From: Bacteriovoracaceae bacterium
Lineage (GTDB): Bacteria > Bdellovibrionota > Bacteriovoracia > Bacteriovoracales > Bacteriovoracaceae
Reading direction: 5' to 3'
NCBI GenBank assembly: GCA_965217035.1
Contig: OZ244226.1
Location: 2,400,146-2,464,145, forward strand
Length of the DNA: 64,000 nt
The notes beneath the pieces were generated by a model that worked only from the letters and a program-made list of their open reading frames with translations, was not told the DNA's origin and made no database searches. Positions 38,409 through 49,258 of the stretch are shown one piece after another; the first letter of the stretch is position 1; each line of letters starts with the position of its first letter. The position numbers and the translations under genes were made by a program.

Positions 38409-41167
38409 TGGCCTATTCAGCAAATGATATCGAGCCAAAGTGGCAGAAGTTCTGGGCAGAAAATAAAACTTTTGAAGCGAATGTCGATACCAGTAAACCT
38501 AAGTATTATGTTCTGGATATGTTTCCCTATCCATCAGGTGCGGGACTTCATGTCGGGCATCCGTTAGGTTATATCGCCTCAGATATCTATACTCGGTATA
38601 AGAGACTCCAAGGATTTAATGTCCTTCATCCTATGGGCTACGATGCCTTCGGTCTTCCAGCAGAGCAATATGCTATTCAGACAGGACAACATCCCGCTGT
38701 TACAACTGAAGCGAATAGTAAGCGTTATAGAGAACAGTTAGATGCGATTGGATTGTCTTTTGATTGGTCGAAAGAAGTTTATACCTGTGATCCAAAATAC
38801 TATAAGCATACTCAATGGGCTTTTATTCAACTTTTTGATCATTATTTTAATACGGAAACTAACAAAGCGGATTCAATTGAGAATCTTGTTAAAACTTTTG
38901 AAGCGAGTGGAAATATAAATGTTCCAGCTCATCATAGTTGTGAAGAAGAGTTTACAGCTGAAGAGTGGAAGAGCTTTGATGAAAAACGGCAAAGAGAAGT
39001 ATTATTAGACTATAGACTCGCTTATCTTGCGGATACCATGGTGAATTGGTGCGCGAAGCTTGGAACTGTGCTTGCCAATGATGAAGTCAAAGAAGGACTT
39101 TCTGTTCGTGGTGGATATCCAGTCGAGCAGAAGAAAATGCAACAATGGTCGCTTCGAATTTCGGCTTATGCTGATCGACTTCTTCAAAATTTAGAAAACC
39201 TTGATTGGCCGGAGCCTCTCAAAGAAATGCAAAGAAACTGGATCGGTCGCTCGGAAGGTGCGGAGATGGACTTTCAGGTTGAGGGTAAAGAGTCTATGAA
39301 GATCTTTACCACCAGAGCAGATACTGTTTTTGGTGTAACGTTCATGGTCCTAGCTCCGGAGAGTGAGCTTGTAGATCTTTATACTACTGATGAACAAAGA
39401 ACTGATGTCGATGCTTATTTAAAAGCAACAAAAGCAAAGTCTGAACGAGAACGGATGACCGATGTTAAAAAAGTATCAGGAGTTTTTTCTGGCTCTTATG
39501 CCATTCATCCATTTAATGGAAAAAAGATACCTATTTGGATTGCAGATTACGTACTTGGCGGATACGGAACAGGGGCGATAATGGCGGTTCCTGCCCATGA
39601 TTCCCGTGACTATTCATTCGCAAAACATTTTGATTTAGAAATCATCCCGCTTGTTGAGGGATGTGATGTTTCTGAAGAGTCCTATGATGCTAAAGAGGGA
39701 AAAGTCATTAATTCTGATTTTCTTAATGGTATGGATATTAAAGATGCTATAAAAAAAGCCATCGATAGAGTTGAGAAAGACGGTCTTGGAAAAAAGACAA
39801 TCAACTTTAGACTCCGAGACGCTATCTTTAGCCGTCAACGCTATTGGGGGGAACCTTTCCCGGTTTATTATAAAGACGGCGCACCTTATATGTTAGACGA
39901 ATCTGAGCTTCCCTTGGAGCTTCCTGAAGTTGATAAATATCTGCCAACTGAAGATGGTGATCCGCCATTAGGAAGAGCAAAAAATTGGCAAACCAAAGAT
40001 GGTCATCCACTTGAAATGAGTACCATGCCTGGTTTTGCTGGATCTTCTGCTTACTTTTTAAGGTATATGGATCCCAACAATGAGAATGAGTTGGTTTCTA
40101 AGGAAGCGAATGATTATTGGCAAAATGTCGACTTCTATGTTGGCGGAAGTGAGCATGCAACAGGGCATCTTCTTTACTCGCGTGTTTGGAATATGTTTCT
40201 TTTTGATATCGGAAAAATCTGTAAGGAAGAGCCTTTTCAAAAACTTGTGAACCAAGGGATGATCCAGGGACGCAGTAATTTCGTTTATAGAGTAAAAGGA
40301 ACAAATAAGTTTGTTTCTAAAGGCCTTAAAGGAAAATACGAGACGACTGAGATTCATGTTGACGTCAATATTGTTAACAATGATGTTCTTGATACGGAAG
40401 CTTTTAAAAATTGGCGTCCTGATTATGCGGATGCTGATTTTGAATTGGAAGACGGAAAATATATCTGTGGTTGGGCGCAAGAAAAGATGTCAAAGTCTCT
40501 TTTTAATGTAGTGAATCCTGATCAGATTATCGCTGATTACGGAGCAGATACTCTTAGACTCTATGAGATGTTTCTTGGCCCAGTTGAACAGAGCAAACCT
40601 TGGATTACTTCTGGGATTGAAGGTGTGTATCGATTTCTTCAGAAGTATTGGCGACTTTGTTACGGTGATGGCGATCAGCTTATTCTTGAAGATAAAGAGG
40701 AAACAGATGAAGAACTTAAAACTCTTCATAAGACAATCAAGAAAACCAAAGAAGATCTTGAGAACTTTTCACTTAATACAACAGTCAGTGCTTTCATGAT
40801 TTGTGTGAATGAACTTCAAAAGATGAAGTCGAATAATAAGCGAATCATTGAAAAATTGACAGTCATTATGAGTCCTTACGCCCCTCATATTACGGAACAG
40901 GTTTGGCGTGATTTAGGAAACAATGAAAGTATATCATTTGCTCAATTTCCTGAACATGATGAAAAGTACTTGGTGGAGTCCAATTATAGTTATCCCATTT
41001 CTGTAAATGGTAAAATGAAGTTCCTTCTAGATCTTCCTCTCGATCTCGGAAAGGATGAGATTGAAAAGGCCGTTATGGAGAATGAAAAGGTCCAAGTACT
41101 GATTGAAGGGAAGACTCTTAAGAAAGTCATTATCGTTCCAAAGAAAATCGTTAACTTGGTGGTTTAA
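38408..41167 (+). CDS. leuS: Leucine--tRNA ligase
   Basis: [21 protein letters not shown] editing domain, KMSKS. Confidence 0.97.
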   Translation: MAYSANDIEPKWQKFWAENKTFEANVDTSKPKYYVLDMFPYPSGAGLHVGHPLGYIASDIYTRYKRLQGFNVLHPMGYDAFGLPAEQYAIQTGQHPAVTTEANSKRYREQLDAIGLSFDWSKEVYTCDPKYYKHTQWAFIQLFDHYFNTETNKADSIENLVKTFEASGNINVPAHHSCEEEFTAEEWKSFDEKRQREVLLDYRLAYLADTMVNWCAKLGTVLANDEVKEGLSVRGGYPVEQKKMQQWSLRISAYADRLLQNLENLDWPEPLKEMQRNWIGRSEGAEMDFQVEGKESMKIFTTRADTVFGVTFMVLAPESELVDLYTTDEQRTDVDAYLKATKAKSERERMTDVKKVSGVFSGSYAIHPFNGKKIPIWIADYVLGGYGTGAIMAVPAHDSRDYSFAKHFDLEIIPLVEGCDVSEESYDAKEGKVINSDFLNGMDIKDAIKKAIDRVEKDGLGKKTINFRLRDAIFSRQRYWGEPFPVYYKDGAPYMLDESELPLELPEVDKYLPTEDGDPPLGRAKNWQTKDGHPLEMSTMPGFAGSSAYFLRYMDPNNENELVSKEANDYWQNVDFYVGGSEHATGHLLYSRVWNMFLFDIGKICKEEPFQKLVNQGMIQGRSNFVYRVKGTNKFVSKGLKGKYETTEIHVDVNIVNNDVLDTEAFKNWRPDYADADFELEDGKYICGWAQEKMSKSLFNVVNPDQIIADYGADTLRLYEMFLGPVEQSKPWITSGIEGVYRFLQKYWRLCYGDGDQLILEDKEETDEELKTLHKTIKKTKEDLENFSLNTTVSAFMICVNELQKMKSNNKRIIEKLTVIMSPYAPHITEQVWRDLGNNESISFAQFPEHDEKYLVESNYSYPISVNGKMKFLLDLPLDLGKDEIEKAVMENEKVQVLIEGKTLKKVIIVPKKIVNLVV

Positions 41168-42480
41168 TGGCAAATTTAAAGCGAGAAACCTTTAGAGATT
41201 TAGATGCTCTTAAAGCGCATATTAAATCAGGAACTCCTACGCTTTATTTCACCTCACAAACCTCTACGGTTATTCCCTTCGATAAGATTGATGAGTTCTA
41301 TAAAAGTATCGATGGAGATATCGTTCTTGGAGACCTTTCTCAACTCCCTTCCCATATGGAGCTTACAGAAGATTTTACTTTAAAAGTCGAAGGCCCTGTA
41401 AATTGGAATGAAGCTAAAGCTTATCTCAATTCAAAGAGACGAGATCAAATGACATCTCCGACAGAAGGAACAGCTGGAATCCTTGCAGGGATTGCCACAT
41501 CTTGCACCGGAGAATTAGCTTTTGGCTATGGAACTATCAGAGATCAGTTGATAAGTTGTAAGATGATTGATCAGAATGCAGAAGAATTAGTTCTGAGTAA
41601 AGACAAAAATCTTGAAGGTGACTTTACGGATTATCAAAGGTCTTTTGAAAAATATAAAGAGTTTAAAAATGCTCCCTTTCCTCGACTCGAAAAAGAAATT
41701 GATTTGGCGGTGGGAATGGAAGGTCAGTTAGGGATTATCATAGAGGGGGAGTTTGAAACAATCCCGCTTGAAAACTATCAATATCTTTTTCTGCAACTTC
41801 CTCGTTGGGAGGAGGATGATAAACCGCATCTCGAAGTTCTTGAGAAGGTCCAGAACTTTAGAGAAAGTATTGTTGCCTGTGAGTTACTTGATTGGAATTC
41901 TTTGAGCTATCTGAAAGAGCCTATTGGTAAAGACCAAGATCTGATCACTTTGCAAGTTAAAGCTTCTGCTTTTGAAGAAGTTTATATGGAGCTCATTTCA
42001 GACCTTGAACTTGTTGATGAACAAAGTATTTTTGAGATCAGTGAAATGAAATGGCAAGCTATGAGAGTTGAAATCCCTCGGCAGGTGAATGAAATTAATT
42101 CAAGAAAAGGGATTGTGAAACGTGGGACAGATGTTCAAGTTCGAATTCCAGAGATGGAAAAACTTTTTGAAAAGTATCGAGAATTCTCAGAACAAAAAAT
42201 CCCCTATATGCTTTTTGGCCATTTTGGAGATGCTCATCTTCATTTTAATTTCCTTCCGACTAAAGAGCAGCAAACTCTGAGTGATGATATCCTCGATGAC
42301 TTTTATGTCGATCTCAGTCATTGGACTTGTTCTCCTTTTGCAGAACACGGGATTGGCTTCATCAAACAAAAATTTATTGCCAGTTATTGGAGTGATGTTC
42401 AGGAAAAAGCTTTTAAGAGAATAAAAGAAGAATATGACTCTGAGAATAAGTTTATCCCGAAAGGTTTTCTTTCTGTCTAA
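41167..42480 (+). CDS. FAD-linked oxidoreductase (GlcD/D-lactate dehydrogenase-like)
   Basis: GMEGQLGII, FGHFGDAHLH, AEHGIG. Confidence 0.8.
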   Translation: MANLKRETFRDLDALKAHIKSGTPTLYFTSQTSTVIPFDKIDEFYKSIDGDIVLGDLSQLPSHMELTEDFTLKVEGPVNWNEAKAYLNSKRRDQMTSPTEGTAGILAGIATSCTGELAFGYGTIRDQLISCKMIDQNAEELVLSKDKNLEGDFTDYQRSFEKYKEFKNAPFPRLEKEIDLAVGMEGQLGIIIEGEFETIPLENYQYLFLQLPRWEEDDKPHLEVLEKVQNFRESIVACELLDWNSLSYLKEPIGKDQDLITLQVKASAFEEVYMELISDLELVDEQSIFEISEMKWQAMRVEIPRQVNEINSRKGIVKRGTDVQVRIPEMEKLFEKYREFSEQKIPYMLFGHFGDAHLHFNFLPTKEQQTLSDDILDDFYVDLSHWTCSPFAEHGIGFIKQKFIASYWSDVQEKAFKRIKEEYDSENKFIPKGFLSV

Positions 42481-42554
42481 ATTTCATTTTGATTGTACTA
42501 AAAAAATAATCAATAAGGCTGAGAAAAAATGAATTAATGAAAATTAATAATAAA

Positions 42555-42590
42555 AGCCTGGGTAGGGCGCGCCTATGCGCCCCTCAGGCT
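42555..42590 (+). repeat. GTAG-type REP-like hairpin
   Basis: AGCCTG-GGTA-GGGCGC-GCCTAT-GCGCCC-CT-CAGGCT. Confidence 0.45.
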
Positions 42591-42799
42591 CTTAGATAAA
42601 ACGCATGATTTCCTTATCAAAGCATTTCACAAGACCTTGATCTTTTCTTAAGACCTAACGAACATGACGGACAAATTTTAAAAATCTTGTCGAGGGAACT
42701 CAAATCCGGCGAGTTCCCGAAATATTTCCTTAGCCATTCTATAAAATCACTTAAATAAAGTTTCTGTTGCATAAAAGCTCTCAGTTTTTATTGAAATTC

Positions 42800-43375
42800 T
42801 TATTCTGAAGATTGATTGACCCAATACTCCCGGCATTTTTCTCTGGTTCTGATATCGATGGCTAAACATTGGAGGATTTGTTCCTCTGTAAGAATAATTT
42901 CTCCGATCTCGTCTTCGCCTTCTCCGTCATTCAGGTAACAGTCGAGTAGAGGGCAATTCTGGCCTTCTTCATATTCATCATTACACGGGACAGTGTATTC
43001 AGCCTCGTTCAAATTTGAGATACCGGCAGTCATATTATCTAAATTATCATAGAGACTGTAGACATCGACTCGAATCATTTGAGAGCTCAAAGGGTCTTCT
43101 TGCGGAACATGGCATTTCCAAACAGTTCCATTAGTACATACATGTTCAGTAGGTTGTTGTTCAGTAGTATTGCAAGTAATGGGATCATCGTCGACATCAA
43201 TAACTGCTGTATCACTGATATGGCCATAACCATCAATTTGAAGATTTTCACTTAAGGAGAGCGGTGAGTTTTCCGATATATCTTGTGGGTTACATGAGAC
43301 AAAAAATGAGATGAGTAGCAAACCGCAAATGATAGCGATCCATCGATTTGAATCAATTCCCATAGACGTAAACAT
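42800..43375 (-). CDS. Acidic Cys-rich lipoprotein, hypothetical
   Basis: Lipobox-like FVSC; many Asp/Glu and multiple Cys. Confidence 0.65.
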   Translation of the reverse strand: MFTSMGIDSNRWIAIICGLLLISFFVSCNPQDISENSPLSLSENLQIDGYGHISDTAVIDVDDDPITCNTTEQQPTEHVCTNGTVWKCHVPQEDPLSSQMIRVDVYSLYDNLDNMTAGISNLNEAEYTVPCNDEYEEGQNCPLLDCYLNDGEGEDEIGEIILTEEQILQCLAIDIRTREKCREYWVNQSSE

Positions 43376-43569
43376 ACCCTTCCCCCCAGAAGATATCTCA
43401 CTCTAACAAAAAGATGAGTCTGGAATTGGCATCTATGAGATTTCATATGCTTAGCTTGCGTCAAAAAGTTTTACGGTCATTTCAAAAACGGCAACAATCT
43501 GTGGAAATTGACCTCTTGAGGCGATTTCGATACATTGTGGCAAGATTGAAGTTTAATAAGGGGTCTTTT

Positions 43570-43929
43570 TTGATTAGTCGCGTTCTTTATTTTGTCATGC
43601 TTGTTTTAGTTCTTGGTTTTGGTTTTTATCACTTCACTGGTGATCAAAATGTTGTCACAAAAACTGCTGCCGTTACAGCACAGAAGACGAAAGAGGTTGC
43701 TAATAAAACTGAGGCAAAAGCAGAAGAACTGGCTGAAGTTGCAACTGAGAAGATAGAAGAACTCGAAACAAAAACTCAAGAACTTACAGATGAAGTAAGT
43801 TCTAAAGCAAGTGCAATTCTCAATGAAATTGATCATAAAAGTAAAAAAGCGGCGGCTGATTTGAAGTCTGAACTTGAAAGAGCTGAGCGCGAAATAGATG
43901 AAGAATTAAAAAACCTTAAAAATATTTAA
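43570..43929 (+). CDS. Membrane-anchored coiled-coil protein
   Basis: One TM segment, then Ala/Glu/Lys heptads; start uncertain. Confidence 0.65.
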   Translation: MISRVLYFVMLVLVLGFGFYHFTGDQNVVTKTAAVTAQKTKEVANKTEAKAEELAEVATEKIEELETKTQELTDEVSSKASAILNEIDHKSKKAAADLKSELERAEREIDEELKNLKNI

Positions 43930-43930
43930 T

Positions 43931-43960
43931 AAAAAGATGCTGGTATTAACCAGCATCTTT
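43931..43960. terminator. Bidirectional terminator
   Basis: AAAGATGCTGGT/ACCAGCATCTTT. Confidence 0.78.
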
Positions 43961-43972
43961 AATATCAATTTA

Positions 43973-44320
43973 TCATTTCATTTGGCATTGAAGATCTCCT
44001 AATTTCTGGAAATAATCCTCTCCATCGTGCTTTATATGAATTTCATGTAACCCATCGACGGCAATAATAACTCGTTCAGTTCTTTCATCAATACTATAGT
44101 CAAAGGTCATAATAGGTCCTCCAATCGATACAATCTCTGTTGGAAAGTCAAAAAGTCCGGAAAGAGAAACTTTCGCTTCTTTTCTATCTTTTGAAACAGA
44201 AACGAAAAGTTCACCTTCAATGATCATTGGGTTTGAACAAATAGCGATAAGATTAAAATTCTGGGCATAAGCTTGAGAGTAAAAGCTTAAAAATAAAATT
44301 GTAAAAAGTAGTTTCTTCAT
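43973..44320 (-). CDS. Secreted hypothetical protein
   Basis: RBS AGGAGG; signal peptide MKKLLFTILFLSFYSQAYA; Cys near each end. Confidence 0.7.
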   Translation of the reverse strand: MKKLLFTILFLSFYSQAYAQNFNLIAICSNPMIIEGELFVSVSKDRKEAKVSLSGLFDFPTEIVSIGGPIMTFDYSIDERTERVIIAVDGLHEIHIKHDGEDYFQKLGDLQCQMK

Positions 44321-44448
44321 TTTTCCTCCTTTTTTGAGGGTTATAGCACAACTAAGCTTCTGACTGAGAGATGACTCTGAATAAGCGTGCACTCAAAGTG
44401 GCATTCTATAAGTTTTACATATTCGAGAGCTTTGAGAGGTGTTATAAA

Positions 44449-45324
44449 ATGAAAATGACGGATTATTCTTTAGAACCTGCAAACGTTTCTGATTATAGGG
44501 ATTTCCTTAGGGAAAGATTTAATGACCTTAAAAAAGAGAGGAAAACTCTTTCACTCCAGGCATGTGCTCAAAGAAGTGGACTCTCTAAGTCTCACCTTCA
44601 ATTCTTATTCAAGAAAGAAAGACATATTACTTTAGATAAGTTTCCAGGCTTAGCTAAAGCTCTTAAATTAACATCAGAGGAAGAGTACTTTACCTATTTA
44701 ATGATTTGTAAAAATTCAAGTCAAAATGAATATGTAAAAACACATTTTGAAAATATTATGAGAAGGATTCGCAATCAATATGTTTCAATCGAACTTGAAG
44801 ACCCTATCTCAACATCAAATCAAAGCATTGAAAAAGAACTCTATGAAGATATTTTATATATGATTCTCCAGTCGATGGTTAGACTTGAAGACTTCAAAGA
44901 AGACTCGAAGTGGATTATTGAAAGCTTACCTTTGGAGGATTTAACTGAAGAGAAAGTCATAAGTGGACTCAGGTTTTTAGAGAAAGTTGGTGCTATTGAA
45001 AGGAATAAGAACGGAAAACTAGTCGCAAAAGAATATTTAGTCTTTCGACCCGACCCATATGATCCGAAGGGTTTTAATGTTTATACCAAAGCTGCTGAAT
45101 ATACAGCCGATTTGATGCAAAACCCTTATAAATATTCACCATCTGTGTATTCTTCAATGGCCCTTGCTATGGACGAAGAGAATCTTTCAAAAGCAGAAAA
45201 GTTAATGATTGAAACTCATCACCGTCTTTGTCATTTAGCTCAGGATAGTAAAAAGCCAACAGCGACAATTTATATTGCTAATTTTCTTATTACGATGGCC
45301 CGTTTGAGGAAAACTGAGATCTGA
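44449..45324 (+). CDS. TIGR02147/DUF4423 family HTH protein
   Basis: DYRDFLRERF..LK..RKTLSLQACAQRSGLSKSHL HTH; FKEDSKWI; RBS GAGGTG. Confidence 0.75.
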   Translation: MKMTDYSLEPANVSDYRDFLRERFNDLKKERKTLSLQACAQRSGLSKSHLQFLFKKERHITLDKFPGLAKALKLTSEEEYFTYLMICKNSSQNEYVKTHFENIMRRIRNQYVSIELEDPISTSNQSIEKELYEDILYMILQSMVRLEDFKEDSKWIIESLPLEDLTEEKVISGLRFLEKVGAIERNKNGKLVAKEYLVFRPDPYDPKGFNVYTKAAEYTADLMQNPYKYSPSVYSSMALAMDEENLSKAEKLMIETHHRLCHLAQDSKKPTATIYIANFLITMARLRKTEI

Positions 45325-45970
45325 ATTGATCGATACCTTCATTTCTAAGCAAACAAGAAGGACATTTTCCACAACCTCTTCCTTTTATTCCTTCATAACA
45401 GGTCACAGTTTTTTCAAGTAGATAATCAAGGACTCCAAGTTCATCACCTAACTTCATCGATTCGAGTTTTGTCATTTGAATTAAAGGAGTTTGAATTTTA
45501 AATTTATTATTTCCAAAATCAATCTGGAGAGTTTGTTCGATAAGATCAAAATACCTCCGATTACAGTCTCGATAGCCTGAATTTGCTTCCTCTAATTCCA
45601 TGACTCCGAGGTAGATTTCGTTAGCTCCTAGAGAATCAGCATGAATACCTGCTATTCGGGCCATTAATCCGTTCCGTCCACTAACCAGTGTATTGGGAAC
45701 ATCATTCTCAATCGAAATCTTTTGTTCATGGGTAGTGAGGGCATTAGAAGTAATTTTATTCATAAAAGGAATTGGAATAACATAACGATCGACATCCCAG
45801 TCTTTACAAATCTCATCTGCAGCTTCAAGTTCATTTGAATGTCTTTGTTCATAATCAAATCCTAGACTGAGCACTTCTGTTTTTTTGTATTTTTTGAGTA
45901 TCAGTGCGAGACAGAGACTTGAATCCATTCCACCGGAATGAACAACAATAACTTTTTTTAATTGTTCCAC
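45290..45970 (-). CDS. queC: 7-cyano-7-deazaguanine synthase
   Basis: SGGMDS, YRDC, TCYEG...CGKCPSC. Confidence 0.93.
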   Translation of the reverse strand: MEQLKKVIVVHSGGMDSSLCLALILKKYKKTEVLSLGFDYEQRHSNELEAADEICKDWDVDRYVIPIPFMNKITSNALTTHEQKISIENDVPNTLVSGRNGLMARIAGIHADSLGANEIYLGVMELEEANSGYRDCNRRYFDLIEQTLQIDFGNNKFKIQTPLIQMTKLESMKLGDELGVLDYLLEKTVTCYEGIKGRGCGKCPSCLLRNEGIDQFRSQFSSNGPS

Positions 45971-46542
45971 GGTTGATAACCAATTTTCTTAAGATCAGCA
46001 GAAAGCTGTAAAAGAGGAAGACCTATGATCGCGGTGAAATCGGAGCATTGGATTTCATCAAAGAGAGCAATTCCGCCACTTTCTATTTTATAAGATCCTG
46101 CGCAATCGAAGGGTTGATCGTACTCAAGATAATTATTGAGTTCATCGTCACTAAGATCAGCCATTTTAAGTTTCGTTGTGTTTGTATGACCCATGACTTC
46201 TTCATCTCTAATAATAGCGTAAGAAGTGACAAGCTCATGAGTTTTTCCTCTCATTTTTTGGAGTTGTAAAAGTGCTTTCTCTTTGTCTCCAGATTTACTA
46301 AAAATCTCACCATCCAGATGGCAGACTTGATCAGCTCCAATAATAGTTGTTCCTGGTCTTTGCGTTTTGAGAGCAAGTGCTTTTTCTCTCGCTAGGATTT
46401 GGGTGAGTTCTGAGGGAGCAAGACCCTGGTCCTTAAACGGGGATTCTTCGAGGCCTGAGTCGATAGCTTCAAAGGAAAGCCCTAATCTTTGAAATAATTC
46501 ACGCTTATAAGCTGAATGAGTCGCTAAAATCAATGAATTCAT
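45958..46542 (-). CDS. maf: Maf family nucleotide pyrophosphatase (YceF-like)
   Basis: LILAT.S, IIGADQV, CAGSYKIES, IIGLPL. Confidence 0.9.
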   Translation of the reverse strand: MNSLILATHSAYKRELFQRLGLSFEAIDSGLEESPFKDQGLAPSELTQILAREKALALKTQRPGTTIIGADQVCHLDGEIFSKSGDKEKALLQLQKMRGKTHELVTSYAIIRDEEVMGHTNTTKLKMADLSDDELNNYLEYDQPFDCAGSYKIESGGIALFDEIQCSDFTAIIGLPLLQLSADLKKIGYQPWNN

Positions 46543-46669
46543 GACAAATAAATAGGAAAGGGGGCAGAGATCGTCCAGTCAAATTGATTAGATTTTAGTC
46601 ACTCTAAATTTTTTACAAGCTTTTACTTAAATACTGCTAGGCATTGATACAATAGATTTTGGAGAATTT

Positions 46670-47515
46670 ATGCGTTTTTATCTGATCCTCATTATAGCGT
46701 TAAGTGTCGTCGCTTGTACAAGTAAGAAGAAGCGCCAAGCCGCGCCAAAGACTGAGGTTGTAGGCTCAAAACTCAAGAAAACTCGATCTTCTAAAGACGG
46801 AGTAGAGAAAAAAACTAGGAAAAAGACAGTTGTTCCTCCGGTTACTGTGATCCCTACAGATCCTATTGATCCTCGAAGACCAGTGTTACCTTCGACGACA
46901 ACTTCGACAACGACAACTTCGACAACGACATCAAGTTTAATGACAACGACAACTCGCGTGTTTCCTGGGCCTAATATCGATAAGAAAAAGAAACATATAA
47001 AAAGGAAGACAAAGAAAGATGCGATTTATTGTATGACGAAGTTAGAGACGAGCCAGCTCATGGACATCCATGATTCTCCTAATATGCATGTTCTTTACTT
47101 AAGAGTTCCGAAATTGACTGATTATGGAGTCGAAAGTTCTGCAGTGATTGAACATGCGAAATTACGAAAGTCTGATTATGTGACTGTACAGCCAAATGTT
47201 TTAAAGGAAGAGGGGAAAGTCGCAGTGACTTCACTTCAAGGGATGAAGGGGATTTCAATCAAGTTTATTCCGAGAGGAAACAACTTCATTGAATCTGAAA
47301 TGGAGTTTCGAGTTTATCAAGATCAATGCTTAGAAAAAACTTGTGTGAAAATAGGATACTTATCTCCTTTCTTTAACGCTGAAGGGGCTGCCTATATATA
47401 CTTAGTTCCTTCAGAGCACCCAACTCACTTCAATGATAAACGTGTGAGTTGTCACTTTAGCAAAGAAGTACTTGAACTTGTAAAAGAAGACTTATTCTCT
47501 AATATTCTAAAATAG
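46670..47515 (+). CDS. Lipoprotein with Pro/Thr-rich linker
   Basis: Lipobox VVAC; STTTSTTTTSTTT encoded by a 15-nt tandem repeat at 46901-46930. Confidence 0.7.
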   Translation: MRFYLILIIALSVVACTSKKKRQAAPKTEVVGSKLKKTRSSKDGVEKKTRKKTVVPPVTVIPTDPIDPRRPVLPSTTTSTTTTSTTTSSLMTTTTRVFPGPNIDKKKKHIKRKTKKDAIYCMTKLETSQLMDIHDSPNMHVLYLRVPKLTDYGVESSAVIEHAKLRKSDYVTVQPNVLKEEGKVAVTSLQGMKGISIKFIPRGNNFIESEMEFRVYQDQCLEKTCVKIGYLSPFFNAEGAAYIYLVPSEHPTHFNDKRVSCHFSKEVLELVKEDLFSNILK

Positions 47516-47640
47516 TAAAAATACAAAGTTTTTTGGCCTTAATGAAAGAAGAATCAGATACGAAAATTCTAGTGGTCATTTAGCATCAAATCTCTTCCAA
47601 ATACTTGCCATGATTGGAGAATGTGAAATGATAAAGAATT

Positions 47641-48372
47641 TTATTTTCTTGATCTAATCCATTCACTGAATTTTTGATGAAATATTTGGGAAAACTGTTC
47701 TCTTGATAAACTCTCAATCGACTGAATTTTATCAAGCGAATTATAGATATCTCCCTGAAGGCCACAAGGATGAAGTTGTCTTAGAGCTTGGAACATCTTC
47801 TCGTCATAATTATAATTAAAGGCCATCCCGTGGATAGAGACATAATATTCGAGACCCATGCCGACAGAAGCGATCTTTGTTTTTTCTTGATACCAAAGCC
47901 CTAAGAGCTTTTGATAATCGAGCTCTGAGATATTAAGTTTTTCTTCGAGAACTTCTTTTGCAATTTGAATCATTTTAAGCATGATTCTTGGTGGGCTCAG
48001 CTTGATGTGATTCATATTAAGAATCGGGTAATAAATCATCTGGCCTGGATAGTGAAAAGTAAGCCCTCCGCCTCTTTTGATCTGGTGAAGTGGGAAAGGA
48101 AGCTTAATGCTTTGATCAAAATCAACGAGTTCAGAAATGGCTTGCCCTTTTTCCTTTTGAAGGCCTGAACCATTAGTAAAGCAATGAGGGTGAGACGTGA
48201 GAATCGATAATTTCCATTTCGGATTTTCTCGAATCCAAGGAAGCAACTCATTTAAAAAATAAAGATATTTCTCATAGTTCCAATTCCAATGAGTAAACAA
48301 GTTTAATTCTTCACTATAGTTCTTTAAATACTCAGGAAATTTTGCTGAAAAGAAACCCTTAAGCGACGTCAT
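47641..48372 (-). CDS. lipB: Octanoyltransferase
   Basis: RGGGLTFHYPGQ, KIASVG, HGMAFN, PCG. Confidence 0.9.
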   Translation of the reverse strand: MTSLKGFFSAKFPEYLKNYSEELNLFTHWNWNYEKYLYFLNELLPWIRENPKWKLSILTSHPHCFTNGSGLQKEKGQAISELVDFDQSIKLPFPLHQIKRGGGLTFHYPGQMIYYPILNMNHIKLSPPRIMLKMIQIAKEVLEEKLNISELDYQKLLGLWYQEKTKIASVGMGLEYYVSIHGMAFNYNYDEKMFQALRQLHPCGLQGDIYNSLDKIQSIESLSREQFSQIFHQKFSEWIRSRK

Positions 48373-49258
48373 GACCTTGAGACTTTAGATATTCCAGGTA
48401 ATCAGCAGCTTTATATGAACTTCTTACCATGGGACCAGAAGCAACGAACTTAAAACCCATTCGATAAGCAAGTCTTTTAAGTTCATCAAATTCGTCAGGG
48501 GAATAGTATTTTTCAACTGACAGGTGTTTCTTACTTGGTTGCATATATTGACCGAATGTTACGATATCAACATTGATTGCACGAAGGTCATCCATCGTTT
48601 CTTTGAGTTCAAGCATTGTTTCACCAAGGCCAACCATGAGAGATGTTTTAGTCGTAATATGAGGGTATCTTTTTTTATAAAAGTCCAAACAGTCTAAAGT
48701 TTTTTGATAACCTGCACGTGGATCTCTGACTGGATGAGTGAGCCTTTTCACTGTCTCAATATTTTGTGCAATCACAAAAGGGTCACTCTTAGCGAGTCGA
48801 TGCATGTATCTAGGATTTGCATCGAAATCAGGAATAAGTACTTCTATTTTGGTTTTTGGGTGATCATGCTTGATTTGATTAACGACGGCTGCAAAGTGAC
48901 CACTTCCATGATCTTCAATGTCGTCGCGATCAACGCTTGTAATAACAACATAGTTGAGGTCCATTAATTCAACCATCTTTGAGGAATTCATAATTTCTTC
49001 AGGGTTAACAAGACCTTTAGGATTCCCTGTTTTTACATGACAAAATTTACAAGCTCTTGTGCAAGTATCACCAAGGATCATAATTGTTGCAGTTTTCTGT
49101 TGCCAACACTCTGAAAGATTAGGACATTTAGCCTCTTCGCAAACTGTATAAAGGCCGTACTCTCTAAGCTTTTTTCGAACAGAATTGTACTCCTGGCCTT
49201 TAGGAATTTTACTCTTAAGCCAGCTGGGTTTTTGAGTGGAGATATCGTAGGTCTTCAT
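48359..49258 (-). CDS. lipA: Lipoyl synthase
   Basis: CEEAKCPNLSEC, CTRACKFC, VRSSY. Confidence 0.97.
   Translation of the reverse strand: MKTYDISTQKPSWLKSKIPKGQEYNSVRKKLREYGLYTVCEEAKCPNLSECWQQKTATIMILGDTCTRACKFCHVKTGNPKGLVNPEEIMNSSKMVELMDLNYVVITSVDRDDIEDHGSGHFAAVVNQIKHDHPKTKIEVLIPDFDANPRYMHRLAKSDPFVIAQNIETVKRLTHPVRDPRAGYQKTLDCLDFYKKRYPHITTKTSLMVGLGETMLELKETMDDLRAINVDIVTFGQYMQPSKKHLSVEKYYSPDEFDELKRLAYRMGFKFVASGPMVRSSYKAADYLEYLKSQGHDVA

Noticed and set aside
37815..40799. Short antisense and alternate-frame ORFs inside lysS and leuS (and similar ones elsewhere)
   Set aside because: Shadow ORFs of well-supported genes with no motifs of their own.
45290..45970. Dpd 7-deazaguanine DNA-modification system
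   Set aside because: queC is in a housekeeping context next to maf, and no dpdA/tgt-like gene is present.
46891..46955. CRISPR-like or contingency repeat
   Set aside because: In-frame 15-nt repeat encoding a Thr/Ser linker; no spacers or cas genes.
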